Assembly (NCBI GenBank): GCA_965656315.1
Contig: CBFHKC010000006.1
Coordinates: 23,481-87,480, forward strand
DNA from: an uncultured Schleiferiaceae bacterium
GTDB taxonomy: Bacteria > Bacteroidota > Bacteroidia > Flavobacteriales > Schleiferiaceae
Length of the DNA stretch: 64,000 nucleotides
Reading direction: 5' to 3'
The notes below the pieces were generated by a model. It worked only from the letters and a program-made list of their open reading frames with translations. It was not told the DNA's origin and did not search any database. This document shows positions 20,023 to 28,540 of the stretch, in pieces (positions within the stretch are counted from its first letter, which is position 1; each line of letters begins with the position of its first letter). The translations under genes were made by a program, and so were the position numbers.

Positions 20023-21238
20023 TCCAATACATTTAGATGCTCGGGGAGTCAATCTCAAGGGGACATTCCAATTGCCGTTATCCAAGAGTATGGTGAACAG
20101 GGCGTTACTGCTCGCGGCGCTTTGGCCGGAGCTAACGTTAAGCGGTATGTCCAGTGCCAAAGACAGTGTCTATTTACGCGAAGTCCTTGGTGCGACCGAT
20201 GGCGCAGAGGTGTTTGTCGGAGAAGGCGGGACGACCCTTCGATTTGCAGCCGCTTTTTGGGCAACACAAGAGGGACAAACACTTGTGTTGTCAGGTACAG
20301 ATAGATTGAATGCGCGTCCCATTGCGCCATTAGTAGAAGCATTAAATGCCTTAGGAGCAGACATCTCTTACACCGGGGTTCCTGGACAGGGACCTTTGAA
20401 AATTCAAGGGCGCATAATGAAAGGTGGCACCTTAGCGCTAGGCCATGTGCAGAGCTCACAGTTTGTGACAGCATTGATGCTGATCGGCCCTTCTTTGGAA
20501 GAAGGCTTGAGACTTACTTGGCACAGCTTACCGTCACGGCCTTATGTGGTGATGACAGCCGCACTCCTTCGAGAGGCTGGTTTTGAAGTAGAATTGTCCA
20601 CCGATGGAGTTCGCATTCCGGCGGGTCAAACCCCGGATCGAAAGCAGTTACACATGGAACCGGACTGGTCAGCTATGGGGTTCTGGTGTGAAGCGGTCGC
20701 TTTAAGTACGACTGCAGATTTATTTTTCCCTGGCTTTGAAGAAGATGCGCTTCAGGGAGACAGCAAGGTTATCCACTATTTTGAACCCTTGGGAGTTCGG
20801 GCCAATTTCGAGCAAGGCGGTTTGCGTCTGAGAAAAAAATCGGTCCTCTCGCCTGGTAATCTCATCTATAATCTGATTGGTGAGCCTGATCTCGCTCAAG
20901 CCTTGATCTTGACCATGCTTCTAAAGCGTATACCTTTTGAAGTGAATGGACTGTCTACTCTAGAAGGCAAGGAGACAGATCGTATCGGTTGGTTGAAAAA
21001 GGTGGCCAATTCTTTGGGTTTGGATTTAGAAACCACGCCTTCTTCTGTTCGCATGCTGACCTATCCCAAAACGACAGCGACGGATCTTCCTGTGTTCGAT
21101 ACCGAACAAGATCACCGAGCGGCCATGTCTTTAGCCCCGCTCTCTCTTATCACGCCAATAGCATTAACAGGTGCTGAGGTTGTCGGTAAAAGCTACCCTG
21201 AATTCTGGGAGCACTGGAATGCAGCAATAGGCTCATAG
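20003..21238 (+). CDS. aroA: 3-phosphoshikimate 1-carboxyvinyltransferase (EPSP synthase)
   Basis: It carries LPLSKSMVNRALLLAAL, GGTTLRF, NARPIAPLVEAL and DHRAAMSLA motifs. It overlaps the aroB end; an alternative ATG lies at 20015. Confidence 0.85.
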   Translation: MSVNMGDPIHLDARGVNLKGTFQLPLSKSMVNRALLLAALWPELTLSGMSSAKDSVYLREVLGATDGAEVFVGEGGTTLRFAAAFWATQEGQTLVLSGTDRLNARPIAPLVEALNALGADISYTGVPGQGPLKIQGRIMKGGTLALGHVQSSQFVTALMLIGPSLEEGLRLTWHSLPSRPYVVMTAALLREAGFEVELSTDGVRIPAGQTPDRKQLHMEPDWSAMGFWCEAVALSTTADLFFPGFEEDALQGDSKVIHYFEPLGVRANFEQGGLRLRKKSVLSPGNLIYNLIGEPDLAQALILTMLLKRIPFEVNGLSTLEGKETDRIGWLKKVANSLGLDLETTPSSVRMLTYPKTTATDLPVFDTEQDHRAAMSLAPLSLITPIALTGAEVVGKSYPEFWEHWNAAIGS

Positions 21239-22603
21239 GCTTAAGGTCGAACTCAGTTTAAGTTGCGGTTCCGAAGGGGCGAGTCCGTTCCAATGCGCGC
21301 TTAGGTCCAGTGATTTATAGGTGGCCCTAATATGAAGCCCCGCATAGTCTTTGAAAATTCCTGTGGCCCCTATGTTGCCCGAAGCGATAGGGTGGCTTAT
21401 CCATACGGGATGCTCTTCATATTCGATCAAGGCAAGCGCTCCTTCGATGGACCAGCGGGAGCGGTTCCATTTTTCACGGAGTGCGATTCCTCGTGTTCCC
21501 TCATGATAATGAATCTCTAAGGTCCTGTTTTTAGGAAGTACGGCTTGCATTCTCCACCTATAGCTTGACACGTTCTCATCGAGATGCTGACTTACAAATA
21601 TTCCCAACTGTTTGCCTTGGTAGACGGCTTTTAATTTCTGCTGTTCACGTTTGATAAAATAGCTCCCCGAACGGTCGCGCCAACTCATGTGAAATTTAGT
21701 GGATAGGGCTCCTTGTTTCCAAGATGTCTGGTATTCAAAGAGAACGTCGCTCACGAATAGATTACACCCAATAGCATGTTTGTCCAGAGTATGCTCGCCA
21801 AACCAGCGCACATTCTTGTAGTGCAGTTTATAGTACATGCTCCGGTCTGTGGTATCTGTTGCAATGCCCAGAACTCCACGTGGGTGTTTGTAGGATAGAG
21901 CGCTCCGGTGACTGTGCTCTCGGGTGAAACTGTAGTTTAGATGAACGCCTTTTGCGGCAAGTTGAAGTGCTGCGCCAGTGCCTTCATGGGTATAGTTTCC
22001 GGCTCCGGTTTTTGGCTGGATGCCGCGTGAAAACACCTCGGAAGAAGCTAGGGATGGGAATGAGGATGCTCCGAGCACGAGTCCTTGGCCAGCGGTGATC
22101 TTATGGGCACCTATCAACGCGTAGAGTTGAGCTGTTGTTCCTATGTGATACTTGTGGGCGACTGTTGCGAGTGATTGGGTACTACTTTCCGTGATTCGGC
22201 GGTGGATGATGGCATTAAACGACTCCGTTTTAAAGTTCAAAGAGCTTTGCAGGGTCCAGCGACTGGGAGAGAAGCGTGCATAGGATTTTACTTTAGTCTT
22301 CCGCACCGTTTTCGGCAGGTTTAGTGGGAGTTGCTCTTGTAAGAAATTGACCAGCGTGCTGTCCCAATGTGCAAGGGTGTAGAGTTCGTCGTAGTGGTCG
22401 ATATAGCCCATAGAATTGCGGTATTCAATGAGGCTATATACCGCACTCTTGGGGACATGAAAGTTGCGCCAAAGCGTTGTGGGTGCGATGGTGTTGAGTG
22501 CGATGGTGTCCGCGTTTTCCACCCACTCGAGTTGCTGCTGGTCGAGAAGGAATTGGGCACTGAGAATATGAGGGAACAAGCACAGCACAACGAGCCATTT
22601 CAT
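21233..22603 (-). CDS. hypothetical secreted protein, beta-rich and His-rich (possible outer-membrane beta-barrel)
   Basis: The start was trimmed to ATG 22603, which gives the signal peptide MKWLVVLCLFPHILSAQ and an ATGA overlap with the upstream stop. There are no long hydrophobic helices after the signal peptide. I recognise no family. Confidence 0.55.
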   Translation of the reverse strand: MKWLVVLCLFPHILSAQFLLDQQQLEWVENADTIALNTIAPTTLWRNFHVPKSAVYSLIEYRNSMGYIDHYDELYTLAHWDSTLVNFLQEQLPLNLPKTVRKTKVKSYARFSPSRWTLQSSLNFKTESFNAIIHRRITESSTQSLATVAHKYHIGTTAQLYALIGAHKITAGQGLVLGASSFPSLASSEVFSRGIQPKTGAGNYTHEGTGAALQLAAKGVHLNYSFTREHSHRSALSYKHPRGVLGIATDTTDRSMYYKLHYKNVRWFGEHTLDKHAIGCNLFVSDVLFEYQTSWKQGALSTKFHMSWRDRSGSYFIKREQQKLKAVYQGKQLGIFVSQHLDENVSSYRWRMQAVLPKNRTLEIHYHEGTRGIALREKWNRSRWSIEGALALIEYEEHPVWISHPIASGNIGATGIFKDYAGLHIRATYKSLDLSAHWNGLAPSEPQLKLSSTLSL

Positions 22604-23238
22604 CGGGCAAATACCATGGTGGTACTCGGGGAAATTACACCTGAGGCTACGGAGAGCTGCAGGAAAAGATTTTTCTTTCGAAGGGTTACCCCGAGAGCGG
22701 TGTTTTGACCGTGTATCTCTGCGATGAGTTGAAGTTGTTCGTGGGTGTAGACGCACTGCAAGGTGAGTGGGTCGGGCCGTAGCGGAAGGTAGTCCCATCC
22801 TGCACCTAATGACCAATTTTCATTCACTCGGTACAGCTCGCGAAATTGCCACTGGGGTACAAGGTTTCGTCCGGTTAGTCCTGCCTGAAATCGCAGTAGA
22901 GCGGTGGATTCCTTGTGGTGATGTAAGAGGCTACAACCTGCGCTGAAGGTTCCTGTGCGGTCCCATGATACGATGCTTTGATGGTAGGTGAGTCCGGTTA
23001 GGATAGTGGTGGTTTTGCGCAGGGTTACGGGGGCCAGGAGCGATGATTCGCGCAAAGTGAGTCCCGGTCCAGTGGTTTGGGTGAGGCTGGCGTGTAGATA
23101 TTTGTGGTTCACAAACAAAGAGGCGCGGCCAGCGCCCGGGACATAGGTGCTTTGTATACCGATGACAAATTTATCCGACGGGATTTGCCAAGGTGCGAGG
23201 TGGAAGAGGTAGAAAAGAAGCGGGAATTTTGAAATCAT
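22600..23238 (-). CDS. hypothetical beta-rich protein, translationally coupled to the downstream gene
   Basis: This ORF starts at ATG 23238; the listed TTG at 23268 is less likely. It has alternating polar/hydrophobic stretches, and its stop TGA overlaps the next ATG. I recognise no family. Confidence 0.45.
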   Translation of the reverse strand: MISKFPLLFYLFHLAPWQIPSDKFVIGIQSTYVPGAGRASLFVNHKYLHASLTQTTGPGLTLRESSLLAPVTLRKTTTILTGLTYHQSIVSWDRTGTFSAGCSLLHHHKESTALLRFQAGLTGRNLVPQWQFRELYRVNENWSLGAGWDYLPLRPDPLTLQCVYTHEQLQLIAEIHGQNTALGVTLRKKNLFLQLSVASGVISPSTTMVFAR

Positions 23239-23316
23239 GACCAAGGGGTTTCCCAAGAAATTGGTCAAGAAAACGTGCGCTTCCTAAAAATGTGAAGAAC
23301 TATTTGTTATCCACAG

Positions 23317-23766
23317 TTAGTAGTACGATACCAATTCGACTTTGAATGCGAGTGGGGTATATTCAGGAACCGTGGATGCGCCCTCTTCACCGTACCCTAG
23401 ATTTGAAGGGAATACGATTACTCCACGTCCGCCTTCGCCTACAATCTGCAAGCCTTCTTGAAAGCCTTGAACGAGCGCAGGAAGGGGAATATCTCCGGAC
23501 ACGTACCAACCGCTCGAGAAAATAGTAGAGTCGAGCATGTAGCCGATATGCTTAAATTTCACAAGATTCGTCGAGTCTGGAATACGGTTCTGATTTCCTT
23601 CCTTTTCGATGTAGTAGTACAGTCCTGTTCCTGAAGCTTGGAAGTCGAGTCCCGTAGATTCTATGTATGCGTCGATATCGGCAAGTTCACGTTCTAGTCT
23701 GCGCTCGTCAGAAACGCATGAAGTCATCAAAAAGGCCGCAAAGGCAAGTAGAAGGAAATTTTTCAT
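23317..23766 (-). CDS. FKBP-type peptidyl-prolyl cis-trans isomerase lipoprotein
   Basis: It has a lipobox (FLMTSC) and an FKBP core (GLYYYIEKEG, VQGFQEGLQ, VIVFPSNLGYGE, LAFKVELV). Confidence 0.8.
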   Translation of the reverse strand: MKNFLLLAFAAFLMTSCVSDERRLERELADIDAYIESTGLDFQASGTGLYYYIEKEGNQNRIPDSTNLVKFKHIGYMLDSTIFSSGWYVSGDIPLPALVQGFQEGLQIVGEGGRGVIVFPSNLGYGEEGASTVPEYTPLAFKVELVSYY

Positions 23767-23775
23767 GGGGTAAAG

Positions 23776-24672
23776 TTACGTATTGAAGGCGTTGATAATA
23801 CGAGTTTTGTGACGATCTAAAAATTCGAGATAGGCTGCGGCGACTGGGCTGAGGTTTTTTTGCTCGCGCCAGATCAGGTTCCATTGGGTTACGATCGGCA
23901 GATGGTCGTGCGGTATGATCTTTAATCGGCCTTCTGAGAGTTCGTTATTCATTCCGATCAAAGGCATGACGGATACACCGAGACCCGCCATGACACTTTG
24001 CTTGACGGCTTCGTTTGAAGTGAGTTCGACCTTCTTATAGGGGACAACTTCGATCGTACGAAGAAAGTGTTCCATCGCAAGGCGTGTGGCACTCCCAGAC
24101 TCTCTAAAGAGGTAGGTCACTTCCTTTTTGTCAATCTCAATAGCCTCAGCAAGTTTTGGACTTCCTACCAAGTGTAATTCATTCGGGATCAATTCGAGGT
24201 TCTTTACTTTCAATTTATCGGGTAGCGTACTTACCAGGGAAAAATCGACGCGGTTTTCCTCTAGACTTTCGATCACTCTAGATTTGTTAGTGACATCCAT
24301 AATCAAGTCAACTTCGGGATGTTCGGCGAGAAAATCATTCAGTAGATAGGGCATAATGTACTTCGCGGTACTCACGATGGAAATATTCAAAGTGCCATAA
24401 AGCTTGCCTTTTACGCTCTTGTTCATAGCATTTAGGGCAGCGGTCTGATCCAAAATCTGCTGCACTCTTTGGTATACTTCTCTCCCCAATTCTGTCATGA
24501 TCATCTGCTTGCCTCGGTATTCAATAAGCGGGAAATCAAACTGCTCTGCAAACGCTTTGAATTGGATACTTACCCCAGGTTGAGAGAGGTGCAAATGTTC
24601 CGCAGCTTTGGTAAAGCTCAAATGTGTTCCAACCGCTTGGTAAACCTGTAATTGGCGTATCGTGTAATTCAT
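23776..24672 (-). CDS. LysR-family transcriptional regulator
   Basis: MNYTIRQLQVYQAVGTHLSFTKAAEHLHLSQPGVSIQFKAFAEQ is a canonical LysR wHTH. The start was trimmed to ATG 24672. Confidence 0.85.
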   Translation of the reverse strand: MNYTIRQLQVYQAVGTHLSFTKAAEHLHLSQPGVSIQFKAFAEQFDFPLIEYRGKQMIMTELGREVYQRVQQILDQTAALNAMNKSVKGKLYGTLNISIVSTAKYIMPYLLNDFLAEHPEVDLIMDVTNKSRVIESLEENRVDFSLVSTLPDKLKVKNLELIPNELHLVGSPKLAEAIEIDKKEVTYLFRESGSATRLAMEHFLRTIEVVPYKKVELTSNEAVKQSVMAGLGVSVMPLIGMNNELSEGRLKIIPHDHLPIVTQWNLIWREQKNLSPVAAAYLEFLDRHKTRIINAFNT

Positions 24673-24792
24673 TTTTATCATTAAGATAGATTTATGCAAA
24701 CTACGAAAAGAATAAGTAGTAGTTATGAATTTTAACGCTCCACAAACGCCTTGTTCGGAGGATGCTAACGTTCTTTTCGCTAACATTGTGGT

Positions 24793-26802
24793 ATGAAGCT
24801 ACGCCTGCTAATACCCGTATTATTTTTCCTTGTACAAGCGCACGCACAGTCGTTCGGGCCGTCAAAGGGATTTCCATCTGACCCTGTCATTAGTGCTGCC
24901 TATTACAACGGCACGCTGTATCTCGGGACACAGGGTAGTGGTGTATTCACGCTTCGAGAAGGGCGTATAGTTCCTGCGGAAAATTTTGCCGAATTGGCTA
25001 CCGCCTCTATCTATGGTTTTGATGAGAAGGACGGGGAATTGGTCCCGAAAACTGAAGGGCAGCTTCAGCAATATCCGATAGAGATAGAAAATCAAGAGGG
25101 TACCGCCTTCGTACTTACGGATGGACTTTTAGAGGTGCGTTACAGCGATGTAGGTCGAGTCAAATCTCGTGAAGCATCGGGCATCTGGCGCTTTGATTCA
25201 TTGCCGTTTCCAGAGTTAGAGCACGGTGCGGTATTCATTCGAACGGGATCCACACTTACGGTGTATTCTGCTGCTGGGAATGTTGTAGACGAGACTACAT
25301 TTTTAGGACTGATTTTCGATCTGGCCCATACCTCACAAGGACTACTGCTGAGCACAGAGGGTGGCTACTTTGAGTGGCGAGATCACTGGCATAAAGTCGG
25401 TAGTGGACTGCCCATATTCGCCTTTGATGGTGCCATGGCTAGGACACCTTTGGGTGCTGTTCCTACTGCCAAAATAATCAACGGAACGTGGTCTGTATCT
25501 GATATTGAAGAAATGGAAGTGGTCCGAGAATCGCATGCGGATTATTACGATATAGATACCGTGGGTAACTTTTATTATGGCTTTAGTGGCGCCGGACTCG
25601 AAGTGTTCACGAAGGAGGGCACGGCCTTCATCATAGATCGCGAACGAGGTTTGCCTAGTTTACGCCCCGGCAACTATGATGTGGCACTTTTGAACGGTCA
25701 ATTTTTAGTTGCTACGCCCCAAGGACTGTATACTTTTGAAAACGAGGGGTTGCCGAATACCTTGCATCCGGTGAGTTGGAATTATTTTCAAGACGGTTTA
25801 CCGACAGCTTGGGATGCGCTTGCTACCGAGCCACATTCCATCGCTTTTGGGGCTGAGGTGAAGTATGAGGGAGCATCAAAATTATATGCTCGATACCGTA
25901 TAAACGGAGAACAGTGGCAGGATTGGTCACTGGAAAGCGGAGTGCTATTCGATCACCCTGCGCCAGGGAAATACACGCTTGATATTGCGATCAGTCCTTA
26001 TGTCGACTTCCAGCAAGGCGCGAGTACTCGGGTAGCCTATGTGATCAGAGCCGCGTGGTACAAACGACCATGGGTGTGGGTAGTGTTAGTGATGCTACTC
26101 GCGGGTTTAGTGATCTTGTGGCAACGTCGGGAACGCTTGAAGACGGCAGAAAAGTTAGTGTTGCAGGAGCGTTTGGCAGAAGCGGAATTGGCCAGTAAGC
26201 GGAATCAGATGAACCCACACTTCTTGTTTAATGCGCTCGATGCCATTTCCAATTTCATTTTCAAAAATCAACCAAAGGATGCGGTTATGTACATGGGTAA
26301 ACTCGCGAAACTCATGCGATTAACGCTGGATACAACGCGTTCAAGCACGATGGTTTTAACGGATGAGCTCGATCTGTTGAAGCAATATTTGGACCTGTGC
26401 GAGCTGCGTTATGGCAGTTTCCAGACCCAATTCACAATCGACGACTCCCTCGATACCTACGACATCCTTCTCCCGCCCATGATTTTACAGCCCTTGATTG
26501 AGAATGCGGTGCAGCACGCAGTGCGTCCGAACCTACGCGAGGAAAAGGCGGGTGAGATCACAGTCGAAATTGGTGCTATGGAAGGCGGCATCAAAGTCAC
26601 TATCACTGACAACGGACCAGGCTTCGACCTGAGTGAAGTCACCTCTTCTTCCCACGGTCTGGCCATATTGAAAGAGCGTTTAGCCTTGCTGACGAAGAAA
26701 TACAATCGGCCCTTTAACGTGACTATCGATTCTAAAGTTTCAGATCCTTTACACTCTGGAACGACCATTTCACTCATTTTGAGCACCGACGCATTAGATT
26801 AA
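24793..26802 (+). CDS. sensor histidine kinase, LytS/YehU-type, with a large extracytoplasmic N-terminal domain
   Basis: It has a signal peptide, an extracytoplasmic region of about 400 aa including a Y_Y_Y-like stretch (PAPGKYTLDIAIS), and a single TM WVWVVLVMLLAGLVILW. The motif NPHFLFNALDAISNFI (His_kinase PF06580 type) and an HATPase_c with ITDNGPGF follow. Confidence 0.8.
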   Translation: MKLRLLIPVLFFLVQAHAQSFGPSKGFPSDPVISAAYYNGTLYLGTQGSGVFTLREGRIVPAENFAELATASIYGFDEKDGELVPKTEGQLQQYPIEIENQEGTAFVLTDGLLEVRYSDVGRVKSREASGIWRFDSLPFPELEHGAVFIRTGSTLTVYSAAGNVVDETTFLGLIFDLAHTSQGLLLSTEGGYFEWRDHWHKVGSGLPIFAFDGAMARTPLGAVPTAKIINGTWSVSDIEEMEVVRESHADYYDIDTVGNFYYGFSGAGLEVFTKEGTAFIIDRERGLPSLRPGNYDVALLNGQFLVATPQGLYTFENEGLPNTLHPVSWNYFQDGLPTAWDALATEPHSIAFGAEVKYEGASKLYARYRINGEQWQDWSLESGVLFDHPAPGKYTLDIAISPYVDFQQGASTRVAYVIRAAWYKRPWVWVVLVMLLAGLVILWQRRERLKTAEKLVLQERLAEAELASKRNQMNPHFLFNALDAISNFIFKNQPKDAVMYMGKLAKLMRLTLDTTRSSTMVLTDELDLLKQYLDLCELRYGSFQTQFTIDDSLDTYDILLPPMILQPLIENAVQHAVRPNLREEKAGEITVEIGAMEGGIKVTITDNGPGFDLSEVTSSSHGLAILKERLALLTKKYNRPFNVTIDSKVSDPLHSGTTISLILSTDALD

Positions 26803-26836
26803 AAGTTAGCTTTATCTATATACACCTACTTACCCT

Positions 26837-27565
26837 ATGAAAGCATTACTTCTCGACGATGAACAGCTTGTTTTAGAGGCCCTTCAAGGAAAGCTAAACC
26901 TCTTTTGCCCTGAGGTTGAAGTGGTGGCCCTATGTCAAAAAGTGGATGATGCTTTGGCCCAATTACGCTCTGAAGACATCGACATCGTCTTTCTAGATGT
27001 CAACCTTTCGGGAGAGTCCGGGTTCGATTTGATCGAAAAATGGGACGGTGAAGAGTTGCCTTCGCTCATTTTCACGACAGCCCATGATGAGTTTGCCGTT
27101 CAGGCTATCAAGCACGCTGCCCTAGACTACTTGCTCAAGCCCATCGATGCCGAGGAGCTCGTAAAAGCTGTGCGCAAGGCCGGTGAAAAAGTGGGGGTGG
27201 ATCGCCAGTCTGTGGTGAAAGAAGCTTCAAAGGGCGCGCCGAAAAAATTGGTCATACCAACCACCGAGGGCATGCATATTTTGAATGTGGAAGACATCGT
27301 ACGTTGTGAAAGCAGCTCGAACTATACCCAATTCTTCCTAAGCGATAAAACTTCCGTGCTCGCCTCAAAAACCATGAAGGAATACGAGACATTGCTTCGC
27401 CCTGCCGGATTCGAACGCGTACACAAAAGCCACCTAGTCAATCTAGAAATGATTGCTAAATATGTCAGTGCAGACGGTGGGTACCTATTGCTTATTGAAG
27501 GTTCGACCGTTCCTGTGAGCAATAGAAAAAAGGAAGTTCTCGTTCAGCACCTAAAGAGTCTGTAG
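26837..27565 (+). CDS. LytR/AlgR-family response regulator (receiver + LytTR DNA-binding domain)
   Basis: The receiver has LLLDDE, VFLDVNL and LLKP. The LytTR domain has IVRCESSSNYTQFFL and FERVHKSHLVNL. Confidence 0.9.
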   Translation: MKALLLDDEQLVLEALQGKLNLFCPEVEVVALCQKVDDALAQLRSEDIDIVFLDVNLSGESGFDLIEKWDGEELPSLIFTTAHDEFAVQAIKHAALDYLLKPIDAEELVKAVRKAGEKVGVDRQSVVKEASKGAPKKLVIPTTEGMHILNVEDIVRCESSSNYTQFFLSDKTSVLASKTMKEYETLLRPAGFERVHKSHLVNLEMIAKYVSADGGYLLLIEGSTVPVSNRKKEVLVQHLKSL

Positions 27566-27566
27566 G

Positions 27567-28040
27567 GTGCATCCAAAGCGTGCCTTTATCTATTACCTCG
27601 CTTCTACTATCGGCGGAAGTATCTTCATCACCCTAATCGCTTTCTTAGCGGTCAATCTGCCTGGCGGCACACGACACACCGACGAGCTTGGCATTGTTTT
27701 CTTGACGAGCAGTGGGTTTGCTTCCTTGGGATCGTTGCCGTATTTCTTTTGGCTGCAACGGTACATCCGCAACAAAAAAACGAGCGTGGATTACACGCTC
27801 GCTTCAATAATGAAATTCTATTGGTGGTCCAGCAGCATATATGCCCTGGTCTGGCCTCTATTTTTTTTGGGAGCAATCGGCCTAAAATATGCGCTTCAAG
27901 GTGGCACTTTCACGTGGACCAATTTCACCCAGTCCCTCGCTGCACTAACCCTACTTTGGCTGAGCTATGTGCCTCTCGGGGCAAAGCTCTTGTCCATCCT
28001 CGTTTCCTCTGAAATTAAGGACAGTCTAGCCGCCGAATAA
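27567..28040 (+). CDS. hypothetical 4-TM membrane protein co-transcribed with the two-component pair
   Basis: The GTG start lies 1 nt after the regulator stop. There are four hydrophobic segments. I recognise no family. Confidence 0.45.
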   Translation: MHPKRAFIYYLASTIGGSIFITLIAFLAVNLPGGTRHTDELGIVFLTSSGFASLGSLPYFFWLQRYIRNKKTSVDYTLASIMKFYWWSSSIYALVWPLFFLGAIGLKYALQGGTFTWTNFTQSLAALTLLWLSYVPLGAKLLSILVSSEIKDSLAAE

Positions 28041-28046
28041 GACAAA

Positions 28047-28538
28047 CTACTTCGCGTATTTCGACTTTATTTCTTCCGCACCTTTCAGCACTTTTGCCTT
28101 GAGTCCTTCTTTAAAATCAATCACACGCTGTAATACTGCAGCATCTGATGAACCAACAATCTGAGCGGCTAGAATACCTGCATTTTTCGCGCCGTCTAGT
28201 GCTACGGTTGCTACAGGCACACCGCCTGGCATTTGCAAAATAGAAAGTACGCTGTCCCAGCCGTCGATCGAGTTTGAGCTGTGCACCGGAACCCCGATGA
28301 CTGGAAGAGGACTAACCGAAGCGATCATTCCTGGCAAATGCGCTGCACCACCGGCACCGGCAATCACTGCTTTCAGACCGCGCTTGTGTGCATTCTGTCC
28401 GTAGTCCATAAGTTTCTCGGGCGTGCGGTGGGCACTGACAATATCCACTTCGTAAGTAATGCCTAGTTCGTCTAAGACGTCTATCGCTTGTTGCATAACT
28501 GGCAGATCTGAAGTGCTGCCCATAATGATTCCGATCAT
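28047..28538 (-). CDS. purE: 5-(carboxyamino)imidazole ribonucleotide mutase
   Basis: It carries IGIIMGSTSDLPVM, SAHRTP and AGGAAHLPGM motifs. Confidence 0.95.
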   Translation of the reverse strand: MIGIIMGSTSDLPVMQQAIDVLDELGITYEVDIVSAHRTPEKLMDYGQNAHKRGLKAVIAGAGGAAHLPGMIASVSPLPVIGVPVHSSNSIDGWDSVLSILQMPGGVPVATVALDGAKNAGILAAQIVGSSDAAVLQRVIDFKEGLKAKVLKGAEEIKSKYAK

Positions 28539-28540
28539 AC

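Noticed and set aside
21233-22816. The full 527-aa ORF, including its 71-aa N-terminal extension.
   Set aside because: The extension (MVIRCRMGLPSATARPTHLAVRLHPRTTSTHRRDTRSKHRSRG...) is Arg/His-rich junk-like sequence that overlaps the upstream gene. The internal ATG at 22603 gives a signal peptide and a classic ATGA junction.
24673-24792. A LysR T-N11-A operator in the LysR/kinase divergent region.
   Set aside because: I found only short dyads (TATC-N5-GATA) and a GCTAAC direct repeat, none with the canonical T-N11-A spacing. There is not enough to call a site.
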